Positions 30,205 to 39,273 of a DNA stretch of 64,000 nt are shown here, piece by piece; the stretch's first letter is position 1; each line of letters begins with the position of its first letter. The stretch lies in assembly GCA_963803805.1 (NCBI GenBank), contig CAWDOD010000010.1:480001-544000 (forward strand), written 5' to 3'. The notes below the pieces were generated by a model, which was not told where the DNA came from, did not search any database, and saw nothing but the letters and a program-made list of their open reading frames with translations. The DNA comes from an uncultured cyanobacterium. Its GTDB lineage: Bacteria; Cyanobacteriota; Cyanobacteriia; Cyanobacteriales; CAWCAG01. A program made the position numbers and the translations under genes.

Positions 30205-32421
30205 ATGACAGTATCTAGATGGGGTAAAAGAAGACTTTTCAGGGGCGGTAAGTCAAAATGGCTAATTATTATGGCGATATTATTCGGGTGTACCACGGCT
30301 ATAGCTTGGTTTCCTGAAATAGGTCAGGTTACTAATTTTTTTACACAATTAAATCAAGAGCAAGGAAATCTTACTTTTTGGTTAGAAGTTCCTGATTGTA
30401 AGCAGCAATATTATTTATTTCTACCTACTATTATTTTGTTTGGTATTGCCCAAGGAGTGATGAAAGTTTCACCCCAACCACAAAAATGGTCGCGGGTAAT
30501 TATTGTGGCTATTGTTCTTGCTGTAACAGTGCGTTATTTAATGTGGCGTAGTTTGTCTACTCTTAACTTAGATACTCTTTTAAGCGGTATTTTTAGCTTT
30601 AGTTTATTAGGGTTGGAAGTGATTATAATTGCTATGGTTGCTATCCAGCTATTTTTCTTACTACATCGCAAAGTAAGAAACAAAGAAGCAGACAGAATGG
30701 CAGTGGCAGTAATAGAGCAAACTTATACTCCTTCGGTAGATATTTTTATCCCTACTTACAATGAACCAACTGAAGTTTTACGCCGGACAATTATTGGTTG
30801 CCAAGCTTTAGATTACCCCAACCAAACTGTCTATCTTCTTGATGATAGTCGTCGCCCAGAAATAGCTCAATTAGCTTTGAAGTTAGACTGTAAGTATATT
30901 ACTAGACCTAATAATGTTCATGCTAAAGCAGGTAATTTAAACCATGGTTTAGGCAAAACTCAAGGAGAATTAATTGCTGTTTTTGATGCGGATTTTATCC
31001 CTACTAAAAACTTCCTTACCCGTACCGTAGGCTTCTTTAAAAAAGCTAACATTGCTTTAGTGCAAACCCACCAAGAGTTTTATAACTTTGAACCTTTAGG
31101 CCGCAATTTAGGTTTGGCAACAGTTATTCCCCACGATCAAGAACTTTTTTCTCGCCACAACCAACCTATTCGTGACGGGGCTAATATTGCTATGTGTTAT
31201 GGTAGTTCTTTTGTGGTGAGAAGAAGCCATTTAGAAAGGATTGGCGGCTTTGTAACTGAATCTTTAAGTGAAGATTACGCCACCAGTATTAAGCTTTCTG
31301 CTTCTGGTTATCAAGTCATTTATTTAGCAGAAAAATTAAGCGCCGGTTTAGCGGCAGAAAATATCGAAGGATTAATGACCCAAAGATTACGTTGGGCGAG
31401 GGGAACTTTACAAACTTTTTTCATTGATGCCAATCCTTTAACCATCCCCGGACTAAATTTTCGTCAAAGATTAGCTAACTTTGAAAGTTTACTTTATTGG
31501 TTTACAAATATCTCACGGGCTGCTTTTTTGATTTTACCCATAGTCTATGCTCTCTTAGAGATTATCCCTGTCCAAGCTACTATTAGTGAATTACTCTATT
31601 TTTTCTTACCTTATTACCTATTAAACATAGCTGCTTTTTCCTGGTTAAATAACCATTCCCGTTCTGCTATTACTCTAGACTTTGCTAATGTTGTTTATTG
31701 TATTCCTGTAGCCCTAACTGTAATTCAAACCCTAATCAAACCCTTTTCTCAAGGATTCAAAGTAACACCAAAAGGAATCTACCGCGATCGCTTTCATTTA
31801 AACTGGTTATTAGCTACTCCTTTAATCCTAATTTTCCTTGGCACTTTAATGGCATTAGGACGTAGTTTTGGCTTGTGGCTATCACCAACTTTAGCCTCTA
31901 ATAATTTAGGTTTGATTTGGTTTTGGAGTACCTACAATCTTTTTTTGTTAGGTATAGCAATTCTTTCTTTAATTGATGTTCCTCAGCCTAATGCCTATCC
32001 TTGGTTTAATTTACAGAGAGTGGTTGAAATTAAAGCAGAGGGACAAGTTTTTCTAGGGACAACTACCAAAATCTCCGAAATTGGTGCAGAAATAAAGTTG
32101 ACTCAAAATAGTTGCTTTTTTAATGAAGCTAAGTCAGTAAACTTAACTGTAGTTGCCGACAATTTAATTATCGACTGTGAGGTTGAAACTGTTAAATACA
32201 AGAACAACTTTTCTTACTTACAAATAAGCTTTGTTAATCTCGGTTTAGAACAAGAAAGAAAGTTGATAACTATGCTTTTCTGTCGTCCGGGACAATGGTT
32301 ATTTGAAAGGACACCAGGAGAATTAGCTTCTCTATTTTTCTTGATTAAAAGTTTGGTATTGCCAAGGATATTTTTTACAAGTCGAGGCAATAATCAAGGT
32401 AGAAAAGTTGCTCAGTTGTGA
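30205..32421 (+). CDS. bcsA: Cellulose synthase catalytic subunit-like GT2 with PilZ-like C-terminus
   Basis: DIFIPTYNE, LDD, HAKAGNLN, FDADF, SED, QRLRW. Confidence 0.85.
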   Translation: MTVSRWGKRRLFRGGKSKWLIIMAILFGCTTAIAWFPEIGQVTNFFTQLNQEQGNLTFWLEVPDCKQQYYLFLPTIILFGIAQGVMKVSPQPQKWSRVIIVAIVLAVTVRYLMWRSLSTLNLDTLLSGIFSFSLLGLEVIIIAMVAIQLFFLLHRKVRNKEADRMAVAVIEQTYTPSVDIFIPTYNEPTEVLRRTIIGCQALDYPNQTVYLLDDSRRPEIAQLALKLDCKYITRPNNVHAKAGNLNHGLGKTQGELIAVFDADFIPTKNFLTRTVGFFKKANIALVQTHQEFYNFEPLGRNLGLATVIPHDQELFSRHNQPIRDGANIAMCYGSSFVVRRSHLERIGGFVTESLSEDYATSIKLSASGYQVIYLAEKLSAGLAAENIEGLMTQRLRWARGTLQTFFIDANPLTIPGLNFRQRLANFESLLYWFTNISRAAFLILPIVYALLEIIPVQATISELLYFFLPYYLLNIAAFSWLNNHSRSAITLDFANVVYCIPVALTVIQTLIKPFSQGFKVTPKGIYRDRFHLNWLLATPLILIFLGTLMALGRSFGLWLSPTLASNNLGLIWFWSTYNLFLLGIAILSLIDVPQPNAYPWFNLQRVVEIKAEGQVFLGTTTKISEIGAEIKLTQNSCFFNEAKSVNLTVVADNLIIDCEVETVKYKNNFSYLQISFVNLGLEQERKLITMLFCRPGQWLFERTPGELASLFFLIKSLVLPRIFFTSRGNNQGRKVAQL

Positions 32422-32468
32422 TTCTATTAGACCAATCAAAATGTGCATTATGAATGAAAATGTGTAGG

Positions 32469-32497
32469 ATATCTAGAAATAAGTTATTTCTAGATAT
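32469..32497. terminator. Perfect 14-bp inverted repeat between convergent genes (possible bidirectional terminator)
   Basis: ATATCTAGAAATAA-G-TTATTTCTAGATAT. Confidence 0.5.
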
Positions 32498-32504
32498 TGA
32501 CAGG

Positions 32505-32837
32505 TTAAGCGTTAGGAGCAGGGCAATTATTATTAGGAGCAGGGCGATTTGGGGTAGATTGATTGTTATTAGGAGCAGGGCGATTGTTATTAGGAGCAGG
32601 ACGATTTGGGGTAGATTGATTATTATTAGGAGCAGGGCGATTATTATTAGGAGCAGGTGGCGCTCCGATATTGACATCAACCTCTAAGGCTACTTCACTC
32701 TTTTTTGAGATAGAATCTAGAGTATCTATAGTTGGCAATGTTACTGCAAAGGCTGGGGCCGTAGCTATAATACCAACAACGCTAGCAGTAATAGGCAGAG
32801 AAGTGAAGAGATGACGGAAAATCGCAGGTTTTTTCAT
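32505..32837 (-). CDS. Secreted Pro/Asn-rich tandem-repeat protein (110 aa)
   Basis: Signal peptide MKKPAIF...APAFA; repeats PAPNNNR / PAPNNNQSTPNR; ATG at 32837 preferred over 32921. Confidence 0.75.
   Translation of the reverse strand: MKKPAIFRHLFTSLPITASVVGIIATAPAFAVTLPTIDTLDSISKKSEVALEVDVNIGAPPAPNNNRPAPNNNQSTPNRPAPNNNRPAPNNNQSTPNRPAPNNNCPAPNA
32514..32657. repeat. Coding tandem repeat with alternating 21/36/21/36/21-nt units
   Basis: Each unit starts AGGAGCAGG; all unit lengths are multiples of 3. Confidence 0.95.
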
Positions 32838-32981
32838 TGTTTTTATCCTTTTTGATTGCTTACCGTTACATATTAAGCAACCTAAAAGAGTAATGACATG
32901 GTGCAATATTCCTAAATTCAATAGTTCTTGAGTACCATTTACTAGTTAGTACTTTGGGACTATTGGAGGGAAATTATTATT

Positions 32982-35900
32982 TCACTCAACTTCTTTTCGG
33001 CAGCTTTCAAAATACATTTTTGTTAACCTATCTTCAGGATTTTGTTGTAAACAATAAGCAAAAAGTTCTGCCGCTTCAGAGAATGATTTTTGTTGGTAAA
33101 GTAACCAGGCTTGTTCAAAATCACTTTTAGTAATTAACTTGCCTTCTTTCAAAGCTGGTTCATCTGCTGCAAAGACTTCATAAACAGTTACTAATTGAGA
33201 CTTGCCCTTAACTTTTACCCTGCCTACTAAGCGAATATTGTCCTTATTTACTTGTTTTAATTGCCAGAAAGTTTCCTGAGAAATCAACAAAGATACACCG
33301 TAATCTTTAGTTAAGCTTTCGATGCGAGAAGCTAAGTTAACAGCATCGCTAATTACAGTACTGTCCATACGGTTGCTACCTCCTACTGTTCCTAACATTA
33401 AAGAACCTGTGTTGATGCCGATGCCGATTTTAATCCTTTGTCGCCCTGACTTTTGCCGCTTCTGGTTATAGATAGCTAAACTTTGCAACATCGCAATTCC
33501 AGCTTTGACAGCATCATCAGCACTGCCGCCAAAAAGTGCCATAATCGCATCACCAATGTATTTATCAATGAAGCCTTGATTTTCTAGAATGGCAGATTCC
33601 ATGCGGGAAAGGAAGGCATTAATAAACTTAAAATTATCCTCCGGTGTCATCTGTTCAGAAAGGGTTGTGAAGGAACGAATATCAGAAAACAATACTGACA
33701 TTCGCTTTTTAACATGATCCCCTAACTGCACATCGGCAATGGTTTCCTTTTGCAGAAATTGCAGGAATTGTCGGGGAACAAAGCGAGAAAAAGCTTCATT
33801 GAGACGAGCCATTTCTGTGTGAGAGCGGGCATTTTCGATGGAGATAGCGGCTTGGGAAGAGAGGATGTTGAGAAGCTCTAAACGGTCTTCTGTAAAAGCT
33901 CCTGTGGTAAGATTATTTTCTAGGTAAATGATGCCACTGAGTTTACCTTGATTAAGTAAAGGGGCGCAAAGAATGGATTGGGGTTGGTTAGCTTGGAAGT
34001 AAGGATCATTGAGATAAGCAATTGCTGCTTCTAAGTCTTTAATGACAAGGCTTTCCTGGGTGCGGGCTACATAATTAATCATAGACAGAGGTAAAGGTGC
34101 ATCCCCTTGTAAATCCAACAATTTTAAAGACTGCCTTCTTAATACTTTAACTTCCTTTTCTACTGTTCCTTCTGCTTCAATGCTCAATTTACCTTTATTA
34201 TCTAAAAGCAAAAAACCTTTTTGCCCCCCAGCATTTTCTAACAGAATAGCCATCAAGTTAGCTAGGAGTTTGTCGAGGACAATTTCTTGAGAAATAGCTT
34301 GGGAAGCTTTGATAACTGTCGCTAAATCTAAGGATGTTCCTAAAGCGCGATCGCTGGTGGTAACAGTGGCGCTATGGGGAGATTGGCTGCTAATGTGCGT
34401 TACCCGAAGGAATTGAGGATATGCTTGATCTAATATCGCTACTTTGGCAGTTGCACCCCATTGTTGATAGCAGTAACGGGCATTGAGGAAATAAGCTGTG
34501 GCGCTGGTGATGCGATCGCAACCTAAGTAAAACTTGGCAGCGAGTTCGTTTGCCAGGGCTTCTTCTTGGAGATAGCCATTTTCTTTTGCTAAGCTGATTG
34601 CTTTGTCATAATATTCCATGGCGGCATATTTTTTTCCTAAAACTCTTTGCCTTTCCGCTTCCACAAGATAGTATTTATGCAAATGGTTAGCTGGGGCATA
34701 ATCAGCCCATTTTCTAAGTTTCTTTTGGTTGGCTTGTACCTGGGGTAAAAATTGTTGGTTAGGGGTTGCAGCTAGTTTTGTTAAGGAGTCGTAGAAGTGG
34801 AAGATAACCACGGTTATGGTTGCTAATCCTCCATCTAAGTATTTAGCTGTCAAAGTAGTGTAAGTTAAGGCTTGGGCATATTCTCCGAACAGATAGCACA
34901 GTACCAATTTGTTAAAATAAACTAAGAATAAAGCAGTATGATCATTGGCTTGGTGATGCAACGGCAACATCGTCTCTTCATCGTAGGCTTCCCCTTGTAA
35001 ACTACAAACCTTAGCTGCCTTGCCTTGTAAATTCAAAACCGTTTGTTGCCAAATACTCAAAAAATTGTGGGTTGTTATTTGCTTTAATTCCCTAGCTTCA
35101 TCACAATAATTGGCAATTTCTGGTTCTAGTTCCCCTAACTTTTTACCACAGAAGTAGGCATGATAGGCATAAGAGTTAGCTGCCCTAACTTTAAATTCTA
35201 GCTCACCAGTTTCTAAAGCTTTAGCATAGGCTAATTTCAGAGGGGAGAGGGTTTCTTGGAGATGATCTTGCCAAGGTTTAATTAAATCATTAACTAGGAA
35301 TAGAGTTTTAGCTTGAACTTCCCTAGCATCTAATTTAGTAAGCAAATCTAAAGCCAGTTGTCCAAACTGATAGCCGGATTTAATATCTCCTAATACACCA
35401 CAAAGAATGATGCCATAACCGGCATAAACAACCGGAGATAAAGCTGTGTTGCCATATTTTACCGAGAGGGCAACAGACTTGCAGCTAACCAAAGCAGTTA
35501 ATTCTGGTACAGTTAAATAGGCGGCAGCCCCTAATGTGGTGAGGAGGCGGAAAGCTGCAACTATTTGCTCATCCTGCATGATTGGCAGATTAACCAACTC
35601 AGGAATATGCTTACCCCTTAAAGTTCTTTTGCTATTAAGCAAACCCAACAAGACATTTAACTTGCTAGGTTGTTGCGGTAGCTTCACCCCTAAAAAGTCA
35701 AGTACAGTTAGGGAAGTTTTTACTGCTTCTGCTAGGCGATTCTGGGCGATATCAGCCTCTATTTTCAGTTCATAGACTGGAACCTTATCTAGCAATGTTT
35801 GCCCTTTCTGGAGGACTGTAGCTATGTGTCTATCCATGGCTGCTAAGTTACTGCTGAGATAAGCAACCTCTGCTGCTAAGGTAAAGATTTCTAGGGCTAG

Positions 35901-38285
35901 GTTGTATTGTTTCTGCCAACAATCTGGAGATAGAAGTTGACAACCCACCTCCAGATATTGATAAGCTGAATCATATGCCGCAGAAGCTTGGGCTTTTTTA
36001 GCAACTAATAAATTCAACTGCGCTAATTCTGCTTTTTCTGCTGCCCTGGTAATTAATTCTCTGCCTAAGTTCAGTTGATTGACAATGGTAAAGAGATACT
36101 CTGATTCTGGGTAGGTGCGATGTAACAACCTACCGATTTGCAAATGTAAACTTTGCTTTCTGTGCTTAGGAATAAGAGAATAGGCTGCTTGTTGGATGCG
36201 ATCATGAATAAATTCATACTGGGTTGCTATTTCTTCCCTTTCTGGGGGAACAATCAAATTTTCTGCTACAGCAGCCCGTAATAAGGTGGTGGTTTCCGAG
36301 GAGGATTTTTGCCAAACGGTTGCTAAAATATTGAGGTTAAATTGATTACCAATACAAGCTGCCAACTGTAAACCAGTTTGGGTTTGTTGTGGTAGCTGAT
36401 GAATTCTAGCTGCCATAAGTTCGACAACATTATCAGTAAATCCTTGGGCTTCAATTTGCTCTAAATCCCAATGCCAACTGGGTGCTTGTTGTGGTTGAGA
36501 TTGACTGTAGAGAAAAGAGATAAAACCTTGTTTATAAAGGGCTTGCAAAAATTCTCTAATAAAAAAAGGATTGCCCCCCGTTTTAGCCAAAATTAGTTGG
36601 GCTAGGGGTTCAGTTTGAGCTTGATGACAACCAAGAGTATCAGCAATTAACTCCTTAACCTGTACCAAGTTTAAAGCTTTGAGTTCAATTTGGTTGACTG
36701 TTGCTCCCACTTTCACAATCTCCGCTACAGTTAACGGCAAAAGATGGGTTGCACTAACTTCTTCTACTCGATAAGCGCCAATTAATAACAAACTAGTAGG
36801 ATGAGTCATACTTTGACGGCGTACATTAGTTGTAGCTAGCATTTGCAGCAATTGTAGAGAGGCACTGTCAGCCCATTGTAAATCGTCAAGGAAAATAACG
36901 AGGGGATGTTGAGGTTGAGCGAAAACTCGAATGAAATTTTGTAAAACTAAGTTAAAGCGATTTTCTGCTTCTATGCCTCGAAGCTGAGGGATTTCTGGTT
37001 GCCTTCCGATGATCAATTCTATTTCCGGAATCACTTCAACAATTACCTTACCTAGGTTTCCTAAAGCTGCCTCGATTTGTTCTCGCCAAGTTTGCAACTT
37101 TGTCTCACTTTCCCTTAACAGTTGCTGCACCAATTCTCGAAAAGCTCTAATCAAGCCTAAATAAGGGACATTGCGTTGATATTGTTCAAATTTACCAGAA
37201 ATAAAGTAAGCACCTTGGGCAGCAAGGGGGCGATGAATTTCTTCAACCAGTGCTGATTTACCAATACCAGAGTATCCCGCAATTAAGCATAGTTCGATTT
37301 CCTCACTTTTCCCTTTGAGAGTAGAGTGCTGGGGGGATCTGGCTATACGCTCAAATGCTGTTAACAATTGAGTTACTTCGGTATCCCTGCCATAAAGTTT
37401 AGTAGGAATGTTGAACTTATCACTAATATCTTGGCTTGCTAAGGGAAAGGGGGTAATTGTTCCTGTGGTTTGTAATTGTTGCAAACACGTTGCTAAATCT
37501 GCCTGCAATCCCCAAGCACTCTGATAACGTTCCTCCGCCCTCTTAGCTAGTAATTTCATGACAATATCTGCAATCCCCTGGGGAATCTCCCCGCCCCCTA
37601 TTGCCATAGGCATTTTAGCAATATGACAATGTACCAACTCTAAAAGATCTGTGTTAGAAAAAGGTGGCTTTTGAGTTAGTAATTCATAAAAAGTTGCCCC
37701 CAAAGAATAAAAATCTGTGCGGTAATCTAGGGCGCAATTCATTCTTCCTGTTTGTTCCGGGGACATATAAGCCCAAGTACCTAAGATATCCTGGGGAGGA
37801 AGAGGAGAATTTTCATTAATACTAGCGATCCCAAAGTCAATAATCCTCACTTGTTTAGTGACAGGATCAATTACGATATTGGCAGGATTAATATCTTTAT
37901 GAATAATCTTGCGGCGATGAATTTCTCCCAAATTTCCAGCTATTTGAATAGCTATATTGAGAAATTCTTCTCCTCTTAAAGGTTTGTGGGCAATAAATTC
38001 TTGTAGTGATTCTCCCCCAAAATCTTCAAAAACAATCACTAAAGTTCTTTGATAGCTTTCTAAGCCATAAACTTTAATTGCTCCAGGAAAGTCTAAGCGA
38101 CAATTAATTTCATACTCTTGCTTATACCTATTTAATTGCTCTGGTGTAGGATAATCTTGATTAAGAACTTTAAGGACAACAGGTTGACTATTTTGGGTTT
38201 GGATGGCACGATAAACTAAAGAGCTTGAACTCTCAGAAATAAAGTCAACAATTTCATACCCAGACAAAGAAATCATGAGAAGCAA
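32982..38285 (-). CDS. Multidomain Ser/Thr kinase - AAA/STAND ATPase - GAF - class III adenylate cyclase
   Basis: HKDINPAN, DFG, GYSGIGKS Walker A, FLDDLQWAD, GNPFF, GAF (YLENN), FSDIRSFT, DKYIGDAIM, DAVNLASRIE; ATG at 38276 is an alternative start. Confidence 0.93.
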   Translation of the reverse strand: MLLMISLSGYEIVDFISESSSSLVYRAIQTQNSQPVVLKVLNQDYPTPEQLNRYKQEYEINCRLDFPGAIKVYGLESYQRTLVIVFEDFGGESLQEFIAHKPLRGEEFLNIAIQIAGNLGEIHRRKIIHKDINPANIVIDPVTKQVRIIDFGIASINENSPLPPQDILGTWAYMSPEQTGRMNCALDYRTDFYSLGATFYELLTQKPPFSNTDLLELVHCHIAKMPMAIGGGEIPQGIADIVMKLLAKRAEERYQSAWGLQADLATCLQQLQTTGTITPFPLASQDISDKFNIPTKLYGRDTEVTQLLTAFERIARSPQHSTLKGKSEEIELCLIAGYSGIGKSALVEEIHRPLAAQGAYFISGKFEQYQRNVPYLGLIRAFRELVQQLLRESETKLQTWREQIEAALGNLGKVIVEVIPEIELIIGRQPEIPQLRGIEAENRFNLVLQNFIRVFAQPQHPLVIFLDDLQWADSASLQLLQMLATTNVRRQSMTHPTSLLLIGAYRVEEVSATHLLPLTVAEIVKVGATVNQIELKALNLVQVKELIADTLGCHQAQTEPLAQLILAKTGGNPFFIREFLQALYKQGFISFLYSQSQPQQAPSWHWDLEQIEAQGFTDNVVELMAARIHQLPQQTQTGLQLAACIGNQFNLNILATVWQKSSSETTTLLRAAVAENLIVPPEREEIATQYEFIHDRIQQAAYSLIPKHRKQSLHLQIGRLLHRTYPESEYLFTIVNQLNLGRELITRAAEKAELAQLNLLVAKKAQASAAYDSAYQYLEVGCQLLSPDCWQKQYNLALEIFTLAAEVAYLSSNLAAMDRHIATVLQKGQTLLDKVPVYELKIEADIAQNRLAEAVKTSLTVLDFLGVKLPQQPSKLNVLLGLLNSKRTLRGKHIPELVNLPIMQDEQIVAAFRLLTTLGAAAYLTVPELTALVSCKSVALSVKYGNTALSPVVYAGYGIILCGVLGDIKSGYQFGQLALDLLTKLDAREVQAKTLFLVNDLIKPWQDHLQETLSPLKLAYAKALETGELEFKVRAANSYAYHAYFCGKKLGELEPEIANYCDEARELKQITTHNFLSIWQQTVLNLQGKAAKVCSLQGEAYDEETMLPLHHQANDHTALFLVYFNKLVLCYLFGEYAQALTYTTLTAKYLDGGLATITVVIFHFYDSLTKLAATPNQQFLPQVQANQKKLRKWADYAPANHLHKYYLVEAERQRVLGKKYAAMEYYDKAISLAKENGYLQEEALANELAAKFYLGCDRITSATAYFLNARYCYQQWGATAKVAILDQAYPQFLRVTHISSQSPHSATVTTSDRALGTSLDLATVIKASQAISQEIVLDKLLANLMAILLENAGGQKGFLLLDNKGKLSIEAEGTVEKEVKVLRRQSLKLLDLQGDAPLPLSMINYVARTQESLVIKDLEAAIAYLNDPYFQANQPQSILCAPLLNQGKLSGIIYLENNLTTGAFTEDRLELLNILSSQAAISIENARSHTEMARLNEAFSRFVPRQFLQFLQKETIADVQLGDHVKKRMSVLFSDIRSFTTLSEQMTPEDNFKFINAFLSRMESAILENQGFIDKYIGDAIMALFGGSADDAVKAGIAMLQSLAIYNQKRQKSGRQRIKIGIGINTGSLMLGTVGGSNRMDSTVISDAVNLASRIESLTKDYGVSLLISQETFWQLKQVNKDNIRLVGRVKVKGKSQLVTVYEVFAADEPALKEGKLITKSDFEQAWLLYQQKSFSEAAELFAYCLQQNPEDRLTKMYFESCRKEVE

Positions 38286-38507
38286 ATAGTACCTTTCAAT
38301 TTCAATTTTGACCCAGTTTCTTTTTATCTAGCTAGAGAAAAATGAATTTCTATCTTGTGGGTCTAGATTAAGTTTTTCGAGACTAATTTAGTAATATCGG
38401 GATTGTTTAAACTATTACCGCAAATATAATTGCTTGTTGAGGGTAGGGAATAGGCAGCACAAAAGAGCTACAGCTTATTTGGCTAGTTCAATAATATGTT
38501 ATTGGTT

Positions 38508-38603
38508 TATAGCAATTCTTGATAGCATGAGGTACAGTCTAGACTTTGGTTTTTTGCTAATAGCTAATGGAAATTTACTTCACCAAGCGTGGGAATCGCT
38601 ATA
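38508..38603. mobile_element. 96-bp MITE-like element with TATAGC...GCTATA termini
   Basis: TATAGCAATTC...TGAGGTACA on the left and TACTTCA...GAATCGCTATA on the right (imperfect TIR); homologous copy at 12382. Confidence 0.65.
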
Positions 38604-38649
38604 GTTGAATAATAAGTAACAAATATGAAAAGTTTCTCAGAGTAACTAC

Positions 38650-38882
38650 TTGATTTTGCGCGGCAGGGTAGGTCACAAAATGGCTGTTTGTTTAAAAATC
38701 CCTGAAAGCACCTGGGAGAAAGGCATAGAGCGATTTCTGTTCCCAGGAGTGCCGCGCGCCTTACACAGCAAGGGTTTCAGCGTTTTAGGGTTGTTTTCTA
38801 GAGGTGGTTATGATAAATTTATAGGGGTACAGCGCAAACGAACTTTGAAAACTAAATATACTAATGGTTTCAAGATGCCGCA
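38650..38882 (+). promoter_or_regulatory. CRISPR leader (cyanobacterial type I-D-like)
   Basis: Directly precedes repeat 1; motifs AAGGGTTTCAG and GCGCAAA...TTGAAAACTAAATA...GGTTTCAAG; inverted repeats GCGCGGCA/TGCCGCGC and CCTGGGA/TCCCAGG. Confidence 0.7.
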
Positions 38883-39133
38883 GTTGCAACGTACAATAAT
38901 CCCTATGAGGGATTGAAACAGCTTTAGGAAGAGAAACACCTCGCTCCCAGTCAGGTTGCAACGTACAATAATCCCTATGAGGGATTGAAACGAGAGCATG
39001 AATCAAGAGAACCGTTAGAGTATTGCGTTGCAACGTACAATAATCCCTATGAGGGATTGAAACTCTAAATTCTAAACTTACAACTCCAGGATAAATGTTG
39101 CAACGTACAATAATCCCTATGAGGGATTGAAAC
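38883..39133 (+). CRISPR. CRISPR array, 4 identical 37-bp repeats and 3 spacers (35, 35, 33 bp), type I-D-like, no cas genes in window
   Basis: GTTGCAACGTACAATAATCCCTATGAGGGATTGAAAC at 38883, 38955, 39027 and 39097; internal hairpin AATCCCT/AGGGATT; 3' ATTGAAAC. Confidence 0.97.
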
Positions 39134-39159
39134 TGTAAAGTAATTCAAGAAGAATATTT

Positions 39160-39257
39160 CCACTAGCAACTAGCCATTAGCAACTAGCCACTAGCCACTA
39201 GCCACTAGCCATTAGCAACTAGCAACTAGCAACTAGCAACTAGCCATTAGCAACTAG
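39160..39257. repeat. STRR-type heptamer tandem repeat
   Basis: About 14 units of CCACTAG/CAACTAG/CCATTAG. Confidence 0.92.
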
Positions 39258-39273
39258 TCAAAAAGAATAAATT

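Noticed and set aside
32514-32657. Possible CRISPR-like array
   Set aside because: The intervening sequences are themselves repeated and in frame; this is a coding tandem repeat
32375-32687. ORFs 32375-32680 and 32454-32687
   Set aside because: Alternative frames of the stop-free tandem repeat; only the 32837 frame has a signal peptide
38650-39033. ORFs 38650-38916, 38785-39033 and 38808-38999
   Set aside because: They overlap the CRISPR leader and repeats; spurious
38920-39096. Self-targeting of spacers within the window
   Set aside because: No match noticed by eye; not exhaustive without an alignment
13719-39133. RT functionally linked to the CRISPR array (RT-Cas1-like RNA spacer acquisition)
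   Set aside because: The RT has retron motifs and no Cas1 or Cas6 fusion, lies about 24 kb away, and the repeat looks type I-D
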